A DNA stretch of 64,000 nt from Planctomycetota bacterium (GTDB taxonomy: Bacteria; Planctomycetota; PLA2; JAEUHO01). Location: NCBI GenBank assembly GCA_965222115.1, contig CBDCTJ010000007.1:704001-768000 (forward strand), in the 5' to 3' direction. Made by a program: the position numbers and the translations under genes. The notes below the pieces were generated by a model. That model was not told where the DNA came from, did no database searches, and worked only from the letters and a program-made list of their open reading frames with translations. Shown piece by piece: positions 37,801-49,163 of the stretch; the stretch's first letter is position 1, and each line of letters opens with the position of its first letter.

Positions 37801-38460
37801 TCGGGGGTTACGTCGGGCGGGCGTGCCTACGCACCGTTCACGTTCCAAAAGGAATACAACGTGCCGTGGCGCACGCTCACGGGTCGTCAACATCTGTACC
37901 TGGACCATCCCGGCTACATCCAGTTTGGCGAGCACGTGCCCACCTACAAGCCCAAGCCGTTGCCCACGCAGTATGCCGACCTCGTGGTGAGCGAAGAAGT
38001 GGGTCCCACGTTGCAGCTCAACTACCTGACGCCACACGGCAAATGGCACATTCACTCGACCTACGGTGACAACGAACGCATGACCACGCTGTCGCGCGGC
38101 TGTGAACCGTTCTGGATGAACGACAAAGACGCACAGACGCTCGACATCAACGACAACGACTGGGTGGAAGTGCATAACGACCACGGCGTGGTGGTTACGC
38201 GCGCGGCGGTGTCGGCGCGTATTCCACGCGGCATTTGCATTATCTACCACTCGCCCGAGCGAACGACCGTGCCGCGGTCACCGCTGCGGGGCAACCGACG
38301 TGCCGGCGGGCATAACAGCCTCACGCGCACACGACTCAAACCCAACTTGATGGTGGGCGGCTATGCCCAGTTCACCTACCACTTCAACTACTGGGGTCCC
38401 ACCGGCTGTAACCGCGACACGCACATCTACGTGCGCAAGTTGCCCAAGTTGATGTGGTAA
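34822..38460 (+). CDS. narG: Respiratory nitrate reductase alpha subunit (cytoplasmic NarG/NxrA type)
   Basis: [10 protein letters not shown]...EPRGC FS0 motif, [10 protein letters not shown] Mo-ligand region, [19 protein letters not shown]. No Tat signal. Confidence 0.97.
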   Translation: MSKKKDLPWVNDVVSAKSRGWEEFYRNRWQHDKVVRSTHGVNCTGGCTWMIHVKDGIVTWEMQGLDYPKFSSELPPYEPRGCQRGISYSWYLYSPLRVKYPYVRGALLDLWREAKGHHTDPVDAWSWLVSDPERRKRWQRARGKGGFRRAKWDVAYEIMAAANVHTTKTHGPDRIAGFSPIPAMSMISYASGARMLQLMGGISLSFYDWYCDLPNASPETWGEQTDVNESADWFNAKLLAVMGSNLNMTRTPDCHFAAEARHNGTKMWVFSPDFSQVSKYADTWIAINAGQDGAWWMAVNHVLLKEFHHDRQVPYFIDYTKRYTDSPFLVELTEKDGVWEAGQLLRAGRLSRYADEENGEWKFLMWDEDKGDVRMPKGTMGHRWQSKKGQWNLELKDTLTDEEIDPTLTFLATGDEVSVRFDDFAEGGSVERGVPIRRIELADGSTATVTTVYDIMMAQYGVSRGLGGAYPTGYDDAGAAYTPAWSERFTGMDRKDLINFAREWGSTAEHTNGKCTIIIGAGINHWYHANLMYRAGIHALLFCGCVGVNGGGLAHYVGQEKLAPMEPWSAMAFGKDWYPGVRLQNAPSWHYVHTDQWRYEKEFADYHTVPANQPEKSLARGHTMDAQVRAVRNGWLPFFPQFDKSPLKVAENAVEAGASSDQEIVEHVVQELKSKKLSFAVEDPDAEANWPRVWYIWRGNALMASSKGHEYFLNHYLGTHHNDIAKDLAKDHVNEVKWHEHAPTGKMDLVVDLNFRMDTSALYSDIVLPAATWYEKSDLNSTDMHSFIHPLSAAVPPAWESKSDWAIFRGLAKRFSEMAEKHFPEPVKDVMASPLLHDTPAEIAQPDIKDWIDGDIEAIPGKTMPGLKVVTRDYKNLYNQFISLGPLVRENGLGAHGTHYNCEDFYDEMVATWPVEHWNGKTYPSLKDDLQACNAVLNLATVTNGELAYRSYKDLEVKTGLDLIELAAPTRALRTDFEAIQARPQRLINSPMWSGVTSGGRAYAPFTFQKEYNVPWRTLTGRQHLYLDHPGYIQFGEHVPTYKPKPLPTQYADLVVSEEVGPTLQLNYLTPHGKWHIHSTYGDNERMTTLSRGCEPFWMNDKDAQTLDINDNDWVEVHNDHGVVVTRAAVSARIPRGICIIYHSPERTTVPRSPLRGNRRAGGHNSLTRTRLKPNLMVGGYAQFTYHFNYWGPTGCNRDTHIYVRKLPKLMW

Positions 38461-38470
38461 GGAGCACGCC

Positions 38471-39961
38471 ATGGACGTTCGTTCCCAAATCTCGATGGTA
38501 TTCCACCTCGACAAGTGCATCGGATGCCATACGTGCAGCATTGCCTGCAAAAACGTATGGACCGACCGCAAGGGCACCGAGTACATGTGGTGGAATAACG
38601 TAGAAACCAAGCCCGGTACCGGCTTCCCGACCAAGTGGGAAGACCAAGAGCAGTACCGCGGCGGTTGGCACATGGTCAACGGTCGGCTTGAGTTGCGCTC
38701 CACCAGCAAAAAGAAGATTGTTGGCAATATCTTCCACAACCCGTCGATGCCCAGCATTGACGACTACTACGAGCCGTGGACCTACGACTTTCAGAATCTT
38801 TTTACGGCGGAAGAGGGCGACGACCAGCCCACCGCGCGTCCGATCTCGAAGATCACCGGCAATCCCATGGACATCGAAGCCGGTCCCAACTGGGACGACG
38901 ACCTCGGCGGGTCCCAGGTCTACGCCGCCAACGACCCCAATCTGGAGGGGCTCACCCCCGAAGAGAAGCAACAGCTTTTTGGCATTGAGCGTTTGGTGTT
39001 CTTCTACTTCCCGCGCATTTGCAATCACTGTTTGAATCCGTCTTGCGTTGCGTCCTGCCCGTCCGGGGCACTCTACAAGCGCGGGGAAGATGGCATTGTG
39101 CTCATTGACCAGAAGGTGTGTCGCGCGTGGCGTTCGTGCGTGGCCGCGTGTCCCTACAAGAAGACCTACTTCAACTGGCAAACCGGTAAGTCCGAAAAGT
39201 GCATTCTGTGTTTCCCGCGACTTGAAACCGGTCAAGCGCCGGCATGTTTCCACTCGTGTGTGGGGCGCATTCGCTACTTGGGTGTCATGCTCTACGATGC
39301 CGAGCGCATTGAAGAAGTGGCCAAGATGGACCCGGCCGACATGGTAGAAGCGCAGCGTGAGATGTTGCTCGATCCCCACGATCCGGCGGTCATTAAGGCG
39401 GCGCGCGAGAATGGGGTGCACGACAGCGTGATTGAATCGGCGCAGCGTTCGCCGGTGTATGAGTTTGTGAAGAAGTGGAAGATTGCGTTGCCGCCGCACG
39501 TGGAGTGGCGCACGCTGCCCATGTTGTTTTACGTGCCGCCGCTCTTGCCCGTTATGTCGAAGAAGGAAGGCGACACGGTGGCCCAGTCCTCCGACGCACT
39601 CTTCCACGAGATCGAGGAATCGCGTGCGCCTATGTCGTTCCTCGGCAATCTCTTCGGCGGGGGAAGTACAGCTCCCGTTACCTATGCGCTGCGCAAACAG
39701 ATGGCGGTACGGCTTTATCGGCGATCGGTCACGGTGGGCGATGTGGACGAGGCGGTATTGGAACGCAGCCTGCGCGACGCCGACACCACGCGTGAGGAGT
39801 GTGAAGCCATTTATAAGCTCACGGCGCTTTGCACATTTGAGGAGCGCTTCGTGATTCCGCCCATGCATCGCGAAGAAGCCATTGAAATGATGAAGGATCC
39901 GCACGAACACAAGCAAGAAGCGGGCTTTGGCTTCCTCTCCGGGCCGAGGAGAGGTTCATGA
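38471..39961 (+). CDS. narH: Nitrate reductase beta subunit
   Basis: LDKCIGCHTCSIACKNVW, WNNVETKPG, RICNHCLNPSCVASCP, CPYKK, KCILCFPR. Confidence 0.97.
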   Translation: MDVRSQISMVFHLDKCIGCHTCSIACKNVWTDRKGTEYMWWNNVETKPGTGFPTKWEDQEQYRGGWHMVNGRLELRSTSKKKIVGNIFHNPSMPSIDDYYEPWTYDFQNLFTAEEGDDQPTARPISKITGNPMDIEAGPNWDDDLGGSQVYAANDPNLEGLTPEEKQQLFGIERLVFFYFPRICNHCLNPSCVASCPSGALYKRGEDGIVLIDQKVCRAWRSCVAACPYKKTYFNWQTGKSEKCILCFPRLETGQAPACFHSCVGRIRYLGVMLYDAERIEEVAKMDPADMVEAQREMLLDPHDPAVIKAARENGVHDSVIESAQRSPVYEFVKKWKIALPPHVEWRTLPMLFYVPPLLPVMSKKEGDTVAQSSDALFHEIEESRAPMSFLGNLFGGGSTAPVTYALRKQMAVRLYRRSVTVGDVDEAVLERSLRDADTTREECEAIYKLTALCTFEERFVIPPMHREEAIEMMKDPHEHKQEAGFGFLSGPRRGS

Positions 39962-40575
39962 ACGCGCCCACTCCCAGCCGAACCAAGCCCATGCAAGCGC
40001 TTCACGACGCCCTGTCCACACTCTTGCTCTACCCCGATGCCGATGCTACCAGCGATCTTGTTACCGCCAGTCGCGTAGTGGAGCAGGAAGCAACGGCGTT
40101 TCCGGACCTCCAACAGGCCGCCGCATCCTTTCGCGCGTTTCTGGAATCGACGGACGATACGAAGCGCGAAGAGTTGTTCACGGGCGTCTTCGACATCAAT
40201 CCCACGTGCACCATGGAACTTGGGTGGCATCTCTACGGAGAAGACTACAAACGCGGGTCGTTCCTCGTAGACATGCGCAAGACCATGCACATGGTGGGGG
40301 TGGAAGAGAGCGCCGAACTACCTGACCACTTGACCCATGCCCTGCGCGTGCTTGGACGTTTGCCAACGCCCAAAGACGTGCAGTTCTCAACCGACTACGT
40401 GCAGCCCGCCATCGCCAAGATGCTTGAGGGCTACACCGATGCGTCGAGTCCCTGGCAACCCCTGCTCACCGCCGTGCTGGGGATGCTCGTGTCGCACTAC
40501 GGCGAAACCAACGAAATCGTGGGCAATCCCAGCGCCGAGTCGCAGGGGCCCTATGAACCCGTGTCGCCTGCGTAA
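39958..40575 (+). CDS. narJ: Nitrate reductase molybdenum cofactor assembly chaperone
   Basis: LLLYP, FTGVFD, GEDYKRG and ELPDHL motifs, located between narH and narI. Confidence 0.92.
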   Translation: MNAPTPSRTKPMQALHDALSTLLLYPDADATSDLVTASRVVEQEATAFPDLQQAAASFRAFLESTDDTKREELFTGVFDINPTCTMELGWHLYGEDYKRGSFLVDMRKTMHMVGVEESAELPDHLTHALRVLGRLPTPKDVQFSTDYVQPAIAKMLEGYTDASSPWQPLLTAVLGMLVSHYGETNEIVGNPSAESQGPYEPVSPA

Positions 40576-40586
40576 GGAGCCGCGCC

Positions 40587-41333
40587 ATGCCGGGCAGCGA
40601 TCAATCCCACCATCTTGACGTCCTCCTGTATGGCGTCTTTCCCTTTGTCGCGATGATTGTGTTTTTCATTGGCACGATCTACCGCTACCGCAGCCAGAAG
40701 TTCACTTACTCAAGTCTGTCATCGCAGTTCTTGGAGAACGATCGCCACTTCTGGGCCACGGTACCGTTTCACTACGGGATCTTGTTTGTGATCCTTGGCC
40801 ACGTCGTGGCATTCCTCGTTCCTCGCGCCATCCTCGCGTGGAACGGTCATCCCGTGCGGCTGTTGATCCTCGAAATCTCGGCCATGATTGCTGCGCTGTT
40901 GGCGCTGGTGGGTCTCATCAACCTCATTGTGCGGCGATTTCGAAATACACGTGTGCGCATGGTGACCAGCGTGGCCGACTGGGTGCTCTACGCCATGTTG
41001 CTCTTCCAAATCGTGACGGGCCTCATGATTGCAGGACACCACACGTGGGGCTCTTCATGGTTTGCGTCCACCATGGCGCCCTATCTCTGGTCGCTGGTCA
41101 AACTCAATCCCGACATCTCCTATATCACGCCGATGCCACTGGTCGTGAAGTTGCACGTCATTGGCAACTTCGCCCTGATCTTCGTGTTTCCCTTCACCCG
41201 CTTGGTGCACGTCCTGGTGATTCCCAATACGTACTTTTTCCGTAAGACGCAAGTGGTGCGCTGGAACTATGACCGTCGTGCCTATCGAGACCCCGCCGCC
41301 TCGGCGCCCAAGCCCCCTGAGGCCACATCATGA
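40587..41333 (+). CDS. narI: Nitrate reductase gamma subunit (cytochrome b)
   Basis: Five TMs with SSLSSQFLE, FHYGIL...LGH and KLHV...FPFTRLVH heme b ligands. Confidence 0.96.
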   Translation: MPGSDQSHHLDVLLYGVFPFVAMIVFFIGTIYRYRSQKFTYSSLSSQFLENDRHFWATVPFHYGILFVILGHVVAFLVPRAILAWNGHPVRLLILEISAMIAALLALVGLINLIVRRFRNTRVRMVTSVADWVLYAMLLFQIVTGLMIAGHHTWGSSWFASTMAPYLWSLVKLNPDISYITPMPLVVKLHVIGNFALIFVFPFTRLVHVLVIPNTYFFRKTQVVRWNYDRRAYRDPAASAPKPPEATS

Positions 41334-42958
41334 GCCGCACGCCACAGCGCTGGGACGTCGAAGACGACGCATTTTGGGCGTCAACGGGCAAGCGCATCGC
41401 CAACCGCAACCTCTGGATCTCCATTCCCAATCTGCTGTGCGGATTTGCCGTATGGCTCTATTGGGGCATGTTGGCCAAGTTCATTCAGAAGATCCACTTC
41501 GCCAATCCCACGCTCTTTGACTTTACCTTCATGAACGACGGGAAAAGCTACGGTACGGGCGACGAGTACCGCGCGCTCATGTTCACGCTGCCCGCGGTGG
41601 CCGGCCTCGCCGGTGCCACCTTGCGCATTCCCAACTCGTTCATGATCGCCATTTGCGGCGGTCGCAACGTCAAGTTCATGACCACCATCATGCTCATGCT
41701 CCCTGCCATTGGTGCGGGCATTGCGTTGCAAAATCCCGACGTGTCGTTCTTTACACTCATCGTCTTGGCGGCGCTCTCCGGCGTGGGGGGTGGCGCCTTC
41801 GCTTCGTCCATGTCCAACATCAGCTTCTTCTTTCCCAAGCGCGTGCAGGGGCTTTCGCTGGGCTTGAATGCGGGCCTGGGCAATCTGGGCGTAAGCGTCA
41901 TGCAGTTCTTGCTGCCCTGGATCATTACCTTTGGTGCGTTTGGCGCCCTGGGTGGGGACCCGTACGCGGTCGGCGAATCGAGCATGTGGGTGCAGAACGC
42001 GGCGCTTGTGTGGATCCCCGTTTTGGCACTGCTTGCGGTGCTCGCCTTCTTTGGCATGAACAACCTTCCCCAGCACAAGTGCGGCCCCACGTTGGTTGCC
42101 ATTGGCAAATACCTGTGGCTCACGATGCTTGGATTTGTCGGGGCGGCCGTCGGCATAGCTCTCTTGATCATGCCGTGGCCCGGCGTACCGTCACTCCTTA
42201 AGACGTTCATTGTGTTGGTGATCGCCGTCTGCGTAACGCTCTTGGTCATGCGGTTTGGGACGCCGAAAGACACCAAAGAAAACCTCGTCGATCAGTTCGC
42301 GATTTTCAAGAACAAGCACAACTGGATCATGACGTGGCTCTACACGATGACATTTGGCTCGTTCATCGGTTACGCCAACGCGTTTCCAAAGTTGATTGAC
42401 GACGTCTTTGGCGTGGTGCGCGTAGGGGCGGACGGCGCCCCGTTGGCCGAGACCATTGCCAACACCAACGCCCCCATCGCGTCCAACTACATCTGGATTG
42501 GCGCCGGCGTCGGCGCGCTGATTCGTCCGCTCGGCGGCTGGTTGAGCGACAAATGGGGCGGCGCGCGCGTGACCCATTGGGACACGATCGTGATGATTGC
42601 GGCCACCATTGGCGCGGGCTACTTCGTGGCACAGGCAAGCCAATCACCAACTCCCGAGACGTACTTCGTACCGTTCTTGTTGCTCTTTGTCCTGCTGTTT
42701 GCAACGACCGGCATCGGCAACGGCTCCACGTTTCGGATGATTCCGATCATCTTCTCCAAGAAACATGCGGGCCCCGTCTTGGGGTGGACATCGGCCATCG
42801 CGGCGTATGGCGCCTACCTGATTCCGAAGATCTTTGCCACACAGATCAAAAATGGAACGCCGGAAGTGGCGCTGTATGGCTTTGCGGGCTACTACGCCAC
42901 CTGCTTGGCCGTGAACTGGTGGTTCTACGCACGGAAGGGCGCGGAGGTGCCCTGCTAA
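41330..42958 (+). CDS. narK: NarK2-type nitrate/nitrite antiporter
   Basis: WDVEDDAFW...IANRNLWIS, FASSMSNISFFFPK, GLNAGLGNLGVS, TFGSFIGY and GIGNGSTFRMIP. Confidence 0.95.
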   Translation: MSRTPQRWDVEDDAFWASTGKRIANRNLWISIPNLLCGFAVWLYWGMLAKFIQKIHFANPTLFDFTFMNDGKSYGTGDEYRALMFTLPAVAGLAGATLRIPNSFMIAICGGRNVKFMTTIMLMLPAIGAGIALQNPDVSFFTLIVLAALSGVGGGAFASSMSNISFFFPKRVQGLSLGLNAGLGNLGVSVMQFLLPWIITFGAFGALGGDPYAVGESSMWVQNAALVWIPVLALLAVLAFFGMNNLPQHKCGPTLVAIGKYLWLTMLGFVGAAVGIALLIMPWPGVPSLLKTFIVLVIAVCVTLLVMRFGTPKDTKENLVDQFAIFKNKHNWIMTWLYTMTFGSFIGYANAFPKLIDDVFGVVRVGADGAPLAETIANTNAPIASNYIWIGAGVGALIRPLGGWLSDKWGGARVTHWDTIVMIAATIGAGYFVAQASQSPTPETYFVPFLLLFVLLFATTGIGNGSTFRMIPIIFSKKHAGPVLGWTSAIAAYGAYLIPKIFATQIKNGTPEVALYGFAGYYATCLAVNWWFYARKGAEVPC

Positions 42959-43620
42959 TGCCGCGTTCCACACGGATCACCCTGCTGACGATTGCGGCCG
43001 TGGCCATCTTTGCGGCGCTGATTCCTCGATTGGCTGAGTCACGACTCCCGGGCGACAACCAGGGGTATTCCCCGGAGCAACCCATTGACTATTCTCACAG
43101 GTTGCACGCGGGCACACTCGGCATTGACTGTCTCTACTGTCATAGTGCTGCCGAACACGGTCGTCATGCCGGCATTCCTTCCGCCGACGTGTGCATGAAC
43201 TGCCATTCCTTCGTAACCGCGGCCTGGGACACCATTCAAAACGAGTCTGTGGTGGCCAAGAAAGAAGGACGCAAGCCTGAGGCCATCGTGTCGCCCGAGC
43301 TTGAGAAGCTCTACCGCGCCCTTGGGCTCAACCGTGACCGTGTGCGCGACGAATCACTGGAGCCTACGGCCATTGAATGGATGCAAGTCCACCGCTTGCC
43401 CGATTTTACCTACTTCGATCACAGCGTACATGTGCGTGCGGGCGTGAAGTGTCAAGATTGCCATGGCCCCGTCGAGAGCATGGAGCGCATGCGGCAACAT
43501 GAATCGCTCAGCATGGGGTGGTGTGTGGACTGCCATCGCGAAAACAACAAGGCGATAGAGGCGGACGGCAAGGATGAAAACCGCAAAGCATCTACGTCGT
43601 GTGCCGCGTGTCACTACTAG
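42958..43620 (+). CDS. actA: Alternative complex III pentaheme cytochrome c subunit
   Basis: ATG 42958 overlaps the narK stop (TAATG). N-terminal TM, PEQPIDYSHRLHAG, five CxxCH motifs and LSMGWC. Confidence 0.92.
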   Translation: MPRSTRITLLTIAAVAIFAALIPRLAESRLPGDNQGYSPEQPIDYSHRLHAGTLGIDCLYCHSAAEHGRHAGIPSADVCMNCHSFVTAAWDTIQNESVVAKKEGRKPEAIVSPELEKLYRALGLNRDRVRDESLEPTAIEWMQVHRLPDFTYFDHSVHVRAGVKCQDCHGPVESMERMRQHESLSMGWCVDCHRENNKAIEADGKDENRKASTSCAACHY

Positions 43621-43638
43621 GGAGCAAAGAGGTACCAC

Positions 43639-46600
43639 ATGTCGCTTCATGATCACGGATCCGACGCGCAGGAGCATGGGGCACTTGAGCGTGTTTCGTT
43701 GTCGGCGTCGCGACGCGATTTTCTAAAAGTCGCCGGATTTTCCGTTGCCACCGCGATGGTGTCGGGGTGTGGGCGCGGTGAAACGCATCGCGCGGTTCCC
43801 TTTCTCAAGAAGCCCGAAACCGTTACACCCGGTCAGTCGAGTTATTACGCCACGGGGTGTCGCGGGTGCGATGCCGGTTGCGGGCTCTTGGTCAAAGTGC
43901 GCGACGGACGTCCTATCAAGATCGAAGGCAACGATCTTCATCCGCTAAATGGCGGGCGCACGTGCGCCGTGGGCCAGGCGTCGATTCTTGGGCTCTACGA
44001 TTCGCACCGTTTGACAGCGCCGCACATGGAGAAGAAACCGTCCAACTGGAAGAACGTGGACGCCGCGATTCGCAGTGCGCTGGCCACCGCCAAGAGTTCG
44101 TCCGGTGCGGTACGTCTGGTTACGGGGTCGGTACAAAGTCCGTCACTGCAAGCCGCCATCGACGGCTTCCTCGCAACCACGGGTAACGGAAAGCACATTC
44201 AGGTTGACGGCTTGTCAAACGCGGCGATTGCCGATGCGCACGAAGCGCTCTACGGCACGCGTACGATTCCGCGCTATCACTTCGAACGGGCAACCGCCCT
44301 CGTTTCGCTCGATGCCGATTTCCTGGGGACCTGGCTCTCGCCGGTTGAATTTGCGCGTGGCTATCACGCGGCGCGCTCGCTTGAGCCGGGCACGTCGTTC
44401 TGCCACCACACACAATTTGAATCGCATATGTCGCTTACGGGTGGAAATGCCGATCGTCGTTTTCGCGTAACGCCGTCGGAGTTGCCGCTGGTGGCTGCTG
44501 CATTGGCGGAAGCCGTGGCCAAGGCCCGCGGGCAACGTGTGCCATGGGGCAAGGCGCCGAAATCGTCGCTCGCCGATGCCGATCTCGAAGCGGTTGCCAA
44601 GCGACTGTTGGACGCGCCGGCGGGCCGCGCGCTGGTCGTTTGTGGTTCGCAGGACGTGACGACGCAGAAGATCACGGCTTACCTCAATTACACGTTGGGT
44701 GCTACGGCCCCTGCCCATCGCGAGCGCACCATTGATCTGTCGGCACCGTCGCGTCAAGCGCTGGGTGATGATCGCGCATTTGATGAACTGCTTGGCGAAC
44801 TGCGCGACGGACGTGTTCGCGTGCTGATTTTCGCCGGCGCCAATCCGGTTTATACGCATCCAAAGGGAGACGAACTCGCGTCCTTGATGGAAAGGGTGCC
44901 CACCATCGTTTCCATGTCGGAGCGCATGGACGAAACCGCTACCCACGCCCACATCGTTTGTCCGCCGCCGCACTTTCTCTCCGCATGGTTCGATGCCGAA
45001 CCGGTGGCGGGACTGTTTACGCTGTCGCAACCCACGTTGGCATCGCTCGGTGATACGCGCCAAGTCATGGAGAGCCTGCTGGCATGGTCGGGGAGGACAG
45101 TGTCGGGGAAGGCAGTGTCGGCTTACGACCATGTACGTACGGTGTGGCGTGATCAAATTCATGCGCGTGCGAAGACGAGCGATTCGTTTGATGCGTGGTG
45201 GCACCAGGCACTTCACGATGGCTTTGCGACCGTCAAAGCAGGCGAGACAGGCACGCCAACATTCGCGCAAGATGCGCCCATCGCACTGAGCACGGCGGAA
45301 ACGGGTGACGGGCTCGCACTCGTGACCTACGAAAAGATTGCGATTCGAGACGGGCGTCACGCGCACAATCCATGGCTACAAGAGTTGCCCGATCCCATCA
45401 ATAAGACGTCGTGGCAAAACACAGCCGACGTTTCTCCGAGTACGGCCGCCAAGCTCGGTATCGCTGACGGCGACGTGGTTCGGTTGACATCCGGTGAACA
45501 CAACGTGTCGCTGCCTGCGCTTGTGCAACCCGGCATGGCGGATGACACGGTGGCCGTCGCGCTTGGGTACGGCGTGCTAGGCACTCACCGTTTTCATGAT
45601 GCAGGCCCCGACTGGATTCAAGCCACGCCCACGGTTGAAGACGGTGGCACGGTGGGCACGCGAATTGTATCGCTTCGCGGACCTGTTCGCGTGGAGCGTA
45701 CCGGCAACACTGTGCCGCTCGCGCGCACCCAGATCTACGATCGGCTTGAGGTCCCCAAGCACTTGGCGCCCAAGGGTGGCGAGACGCGACCGGTATATCA
45801 ATCAACGACCTACGACGAGTTCAAGGTCGATCCACACGCGGGCGCCCACCACGAGCACCCAATTGTCGATTTGTGGGATGAGGACCATCCCTACAAGGGA
45901 CATCATTGGGAGTTGGCGATTGATCTCACGTCGTGTACCGGCTGCTCGGCATGTGTGGTGGCGTGCCAGTCGGAGAACAACATTCCGGTCGTTGGGAAAG
46001 ACGAGATGATTCGTCAGCGCGAAATGCACTGGCTACGCATCGATCGCTACTTCCAAGGCGAAGATGACGACATGCGCATAGCGCATCAACCGATGATGTG
46101 CCAGCAATGCGATCACGCGCCGTGCGAAACCGTGTGTCCGGTACTCGCAACCGTACACGGTGAGGAAGGGCTCAACCAGCAGGCCTACAACCGCTGTGTC
46201 GGCACGCGGTATTGCTCCAACAACTGCCCCTACAAGGTGCGGCGCTTCAACTGGTTTGACTACGCGCACGACGACCAGCTTGAGAACATGTCGCTCAACC
46301 CCGACGTGACCGTCCGCTCGCGGGGCGTGATGGAAAAATGCACGTTCTGTGTGCAGCGCATTCAGGAACAAAAGGCCGTGGCGGCACGCGAAGGCGGGCG
46401 CCCGCTTCAGCGCGACGAGATTCAGACGGCGTGTATGCAAGTATGCCCCGTGGACGCCATCATCTTTGGCGATAGCAATGACAAGCAGAGCGCGGTTTCG
46501 AAACAAGCCGCCTCACCACGCGCCTACCGCGCGCTGGCCGAGCTCAATGTGCAGCCGTCGGTGTCGTACTTGCGCGATGTGAGAGACCGGGAGCCCGATG

Positions 46601-46644
46601 CCAAGCACGGTCACGCCGCGGAAGGAGGGACGCACCATGACTAG
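43639..46644 (+). CDS. actB: Alternative complex III subunit B (molybdopterin-oxidoreductase-like plus Fe-S domain)
   Basis: Tat/lipo signal SRRDFLK...[23 protein letters not shown], and C-terminal [40 protein letters not shown]. Confidence 0.93.
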   Translation: MSLHDHGSDAQEHGALERVSLSASRRDFLKVAGFSVATAMVSGCGRGETHRAVPFLKKPETVTPGQSSYYATGCRGCDAGCGLLVKVRDGRPIKIEGNDLHPLNGGRTCAVGQASILGLYDSHRLTAPHMEKKPSNWKNVDAAIRSALATAKSSSGAVRLVTGSVQSPSLQAAIDGFLATTGNGKHIQVDGLSNAAIADAHEALYGTRTIPRYHFERATALVSLDADFLGTWLSPVEFARGYHAARSLEPGTSFCHHTQFESHMSLTGGNADRRFRVTPSELPLVAAALAEAVAKARGQRVPWGKAPKSSLADADLEAVAKRLLDAPAGRALVVCGSQDVTTQKITAYLNYTLGATAPAHRERTIDLSAPSRQALGDDRAFDELLGELRDGRVRVLIFAGANPVYTHPKGDELASLMERVPTIVSMSERMDETATHAHIVCPPPHFLSAWFDAEPVAGLFTLSQPTLASLGDTRQVMESLLAWSGRTVSGKAVSAYDHVRTVWRDQIHARAKTSDSFDAWWHQALHDGFATVKAGETGTPTFAQDAPIALSTAETGDGLALVTYEKIAIRDGRHAHNPWLQELPDPINKTSWQNTADVSPSTAAKLGIADGDVVRLTSGEHNVSLPALVQPGMADDTVAVALGYGVLGTHRFHDAGPDWIQATPTVEDGGTVGTRIVSLRGPVRVERTGNTVPLARTQIYDRLEVPKHLAPKGGETRPVYQSTTYDEFKVDPHAGAHHEHPIVDLWDEDHPYKGHHWELAIDLTSCTGCSACVVACQSENNIPVVGKDEMIRQREMHWLRIDRYFQGEDDDMRIAHQPMMCQQCDHAPCETVCPVLATVHGEEGLNQQAYNRCVGTRYCSNNCPYKVRRFNWFDYAHDDQLENMSLNPDVTVRSRGVMEKCTFCVQRIQEQKAVAAREGGRPLQRDEIQTACMQVCPVDAIIFGDSNDKQSAVSKQAASPRAYRALAELNVQPSVSYLRDVRDREPDAKHGHAAEGGTHHD

Positions 46645-48016
46645 TCATGACTCTCCGCTGCGCGAACCGTTGGTGGATGGCAACAAGACGATCAGCGATG
46701 TGACGCGCGATATCTGCCGTCCGCTAGAAGGCAAGCCGACCAAGCTTTGGTACATCGGCATGGCGATTTCGCTCTCGGCGCTCGTCATCGGGTTGCTCTC
46801 CATCGGCTATCTCTTTGTGAAGGGCATTGGCACCTGGGGACTCAACCCCACGGTCGGCTGGGCCTTTGACATCACCAACTTCGTGTTCTGGGTGGGTATT
46901 GGCCACGCGGGCACGTTGATTTCGGCTGTCCTCTTGCTCTTCCGCCAACGCTGGCGCACGGGCGTAAACCGTTCGGCCGAGGCCATGACGATCTTTGCCG
47001 TCATGTGTGCCGGATTGTTCCCGTTGATTCACATGGGTCGCCCGTGGCTCGCGCATTGGGTATTTCCCTACGCCAACGATCGCGGTTCGTTGTGGGTGAA
47101 CTGGCGATCCCCGCTCCTGTGGGACGTATTCGCCATTGGCACCTACTTCATCATCTCGCTGGTGTTCTGGTACCTCGGACTCCTGCCCGACATCGCCACC
47201 TTGCGCGACCGGGCCAAGAGCGGAATGCGCAAGGTTTTATTGAAGATTGGAAGCCTTGGCTGGAACGGCTCCTCGCGCACCTGGCATCGATACGAGATCG
47301 TCGCGCTCTTGTTGGCCGGACTGGCCACACCGCTTGTGTTCTCCGTTCACACCATCGTGAGCTTTGATTTTGCGACGTCCGTGATTCCGGGGTGGCACAC
47401 AACCATTTTCCCGCCCTACTTTGTGGCGGGCGCCATCTTCTCCGGCCTCGCGATGGTGCTTACGCTGATGCTGGTGGCGCGCAAGGTGATGCGGCTTGAG
47501 AACTACATCACCAAGGTTCACGTGGGCGCCATGTGCAAGCTGATCGTGGGCACCGGCGGCATAGTGGCCATGGCGTATGCCACCGAGTTCTTCATTTCGT
47601 GGTATTCGGGCAACCCCTACGAGCAGTTCGTGTTTCTCAACCGCGCGCGCGGCCCCATGGCGTGGGCCTACTGGACCATGGTGATCTGCAACGTGGTCAC
47701 GCCGCAGCTCTTCTGGTTCAAGAAGGTGCGCGAAAATTTCGCGATTGTGTTCATTTGCTCCATCGCCATCAACATTGGCATGTGGTTTGAGCGCTTCGTC
47801 ATCATTACGACCTCGCTGCATCGCGATTTCCTGCCGTCCTCGTGGTCCTCCTACACACCCACGCTGATTGAGATCGCTACGTTTGTCGGAAGCTTCGGCC
47901 TGTTCTTTACGTGCTTCCTCCTGTTCTGTCGCTTCTTGCCCGTGGTCGCAATTGCGGAAGTCAAGAGCGTCCTGCATTACGGGCAACGGAAGAAGCCCGC
48001 GGAGGAAGAGGCATGA
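46637..48016 (+). CDS. actC: Alternative complex III subunit C (NrfD/PsrC family quinol-oxidising subunit)
   Basis: [62 protein letters not shown]. Confidence 0.95.
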   Translation: MTSHDSPLREPLVDGNKTISDVTRDICRPLEGKPTKLWYIGMAISLSALVIGLLSIGYLFVKGIGTWGLNPTVGWAFDITNFVFWVGIGHAGTLISAVLLLFRQRWRTGVNRSAEAMTIFAVMCAGLFPLIHMGRPWLAHWVFPYANDRGSLWVNWRSPLLWDVFAIGTYFIISLVFWYLGLLPDIATLRDRAKSGMRKVLLKIGSLGWNGSSRTWHRYEIVALLLAGLATPLVFSVHTIVSFDFATSVIPGWHTTIFPPYFVAGAIFSGLAMVLTLMLVARKVMRLENYITKVHVGAMCKLIVGTGGIVAMAYATEFFISWYSGNPYEQFVFLNRARGPMAWAYWTMVICNVVTPQLFWFKKVRENFAIVFICSIAINIGMWFERFVIITTSLHRDFLPSSWSSYTPTLIEIATFVGSFGLFFTCFLLFCRFLPVVAIAEVKSVLHYGQRKKPAEEEA

Positions 48017-48537
48017 GTCGTCGCGTTTGGGGCACCTTCGAATCCGAAGACAACGTCATCCGCGCCACGCGCGCGCTGCGTGAGGAAGGCTACAAGATCG
48101 CGGATGTCTATTCGCCGTTTCCCATTCACGGCATCGATGAAGCGATGGGCATCAAGCGTTCCAAGCTCACGTGGGTGTGTTTCTTGGCCGGGTTGATCGG
48201 CGCCACGCTGGCCATCTACTTCCAATTTTGGACCTCGGCGGTGGACTGGCCCCTCAACGTGGGCGGCAAACCCTACAACTCCTTGCCCGCGTTCATTCCG
48301 ATTGCCTTTGAGATCACGATTCTGTTCGCGGGGTTGGGTGTGGTGGCCGCGTTGCTTATTCGTTGCGGCCTTTTACCGGGCAAACGCGCCGACCTCCCGC
48401 CCGCGGCGGTTACGGATGATGAAATCGTGATTTCCCTACGCCTAAAGTCGGCCCGTCACACGGTCGATGACGCGCGCGCATTGTTGATCAAGCACGGCGC
48501 AACCGATGTCAACGACGACGTGGAGGACGCGGCATGA
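48013..48537 (+). CDS. actD: Alternative complex III subunit D (DUF3341)
   Basis: [43 protein letters not shown] overlap with actC. Confidence 0.93.
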   Translation: MSRRVWGTFESEDNVIRATRALREEGYKIADVYSPFPIHGIDEAMGIKRSKLTWVCFLAGLIGATLAIYFQFWTSAVDWPLNVGGKPYNSLPAFIPIAFEITILFAGLGVVAALLIRCGLLPGKRADLPPAAVTDDEIVISLRLKSARHTVDDARALLIKHGATDVNDDVEDAA

Positions 48538-49163
48538 ATCGCCCGCATCCTGTCGAGTTCTTGTTGGGTCTCTTGATTCTGGTCGGGATTGGCCTCCACG
48601 TGTTGGTGGGGTCGGACTACAGCAAGCGCAACTACGAGTTCATGCCCAACATGGTAGAGAACCCGGGATACGAGGCCCAGGACCCCAATCCCAACTTCAC
48701 CGACGGGCGAACCTTGCGACCGCCGGTGAAAGGAACGGTTGCGCGTGGGCATAAGCCGTTGATGCATGAGGGCGTCATGCTTGACGTCACCACCACCAAC
48801 TGGAAGAAGCTCAGCCCGGAGCAGCAGTCCGCCTGGGACGCACTGACGCCACACTACGCGTTTGATTCAATGTCGGCCAAGGATCAGGCACGCGCGCTAA
48901 AACGAGGGAAGGTCATCTTTGAATCCATCTGCGCCGCGTGCCACGGCGTGAGTGGCGACGGTCAAACGCCAGTGACGAAGCGCGGCATGCCGCCGCCGCC
49001 CACACTGATGAGTGACGACATGCGAGCACGAAGTGACGGTCGCATGTTTCGCACCATCACGGTGGGCGAAGGAAACATGGCGTCGCATGCGAATCAGGTA
49101 CGGAGAGACGAGCGATGGTTAGTCATTCACTACCTACGCAGCTTGCAACAGGCCAAGCAGTAG
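48534..49163 (+). CDS. actE: Alternative complex III monoheme cytochrome c subunit E
   Basis: EFMPNM, PPVKGTVARG, CAACHG, and GEGNMASHA...ERWLVIHYLRSL. Confidence 0.9.
   Translation: MNRPHPVEFLLGLLILVGIGLHVLVGSDYSKRNYEFMPNMVENPGYEAQDPNPNFTDGRTLRPPVKGTVARGHKPLMHEGVMLDVTTTNWKKLSPEQQSAWDALTPHYAFDSMSAKDQARALKRGKVIFESICAACHGVSGDGQTPVTKRGMPPPPTLMSDDMRARSDGRMFRTITVGEGNMASHANQVRRDERWLVIHYLRSLQQAKQ

Noticed and set aside
42553-42957. Long N-terminal extension of ActA in the ORF track
   Set aside because: It is an alternate frame inside narK2. The real start is ATG 42958, overlapping the narK stop.
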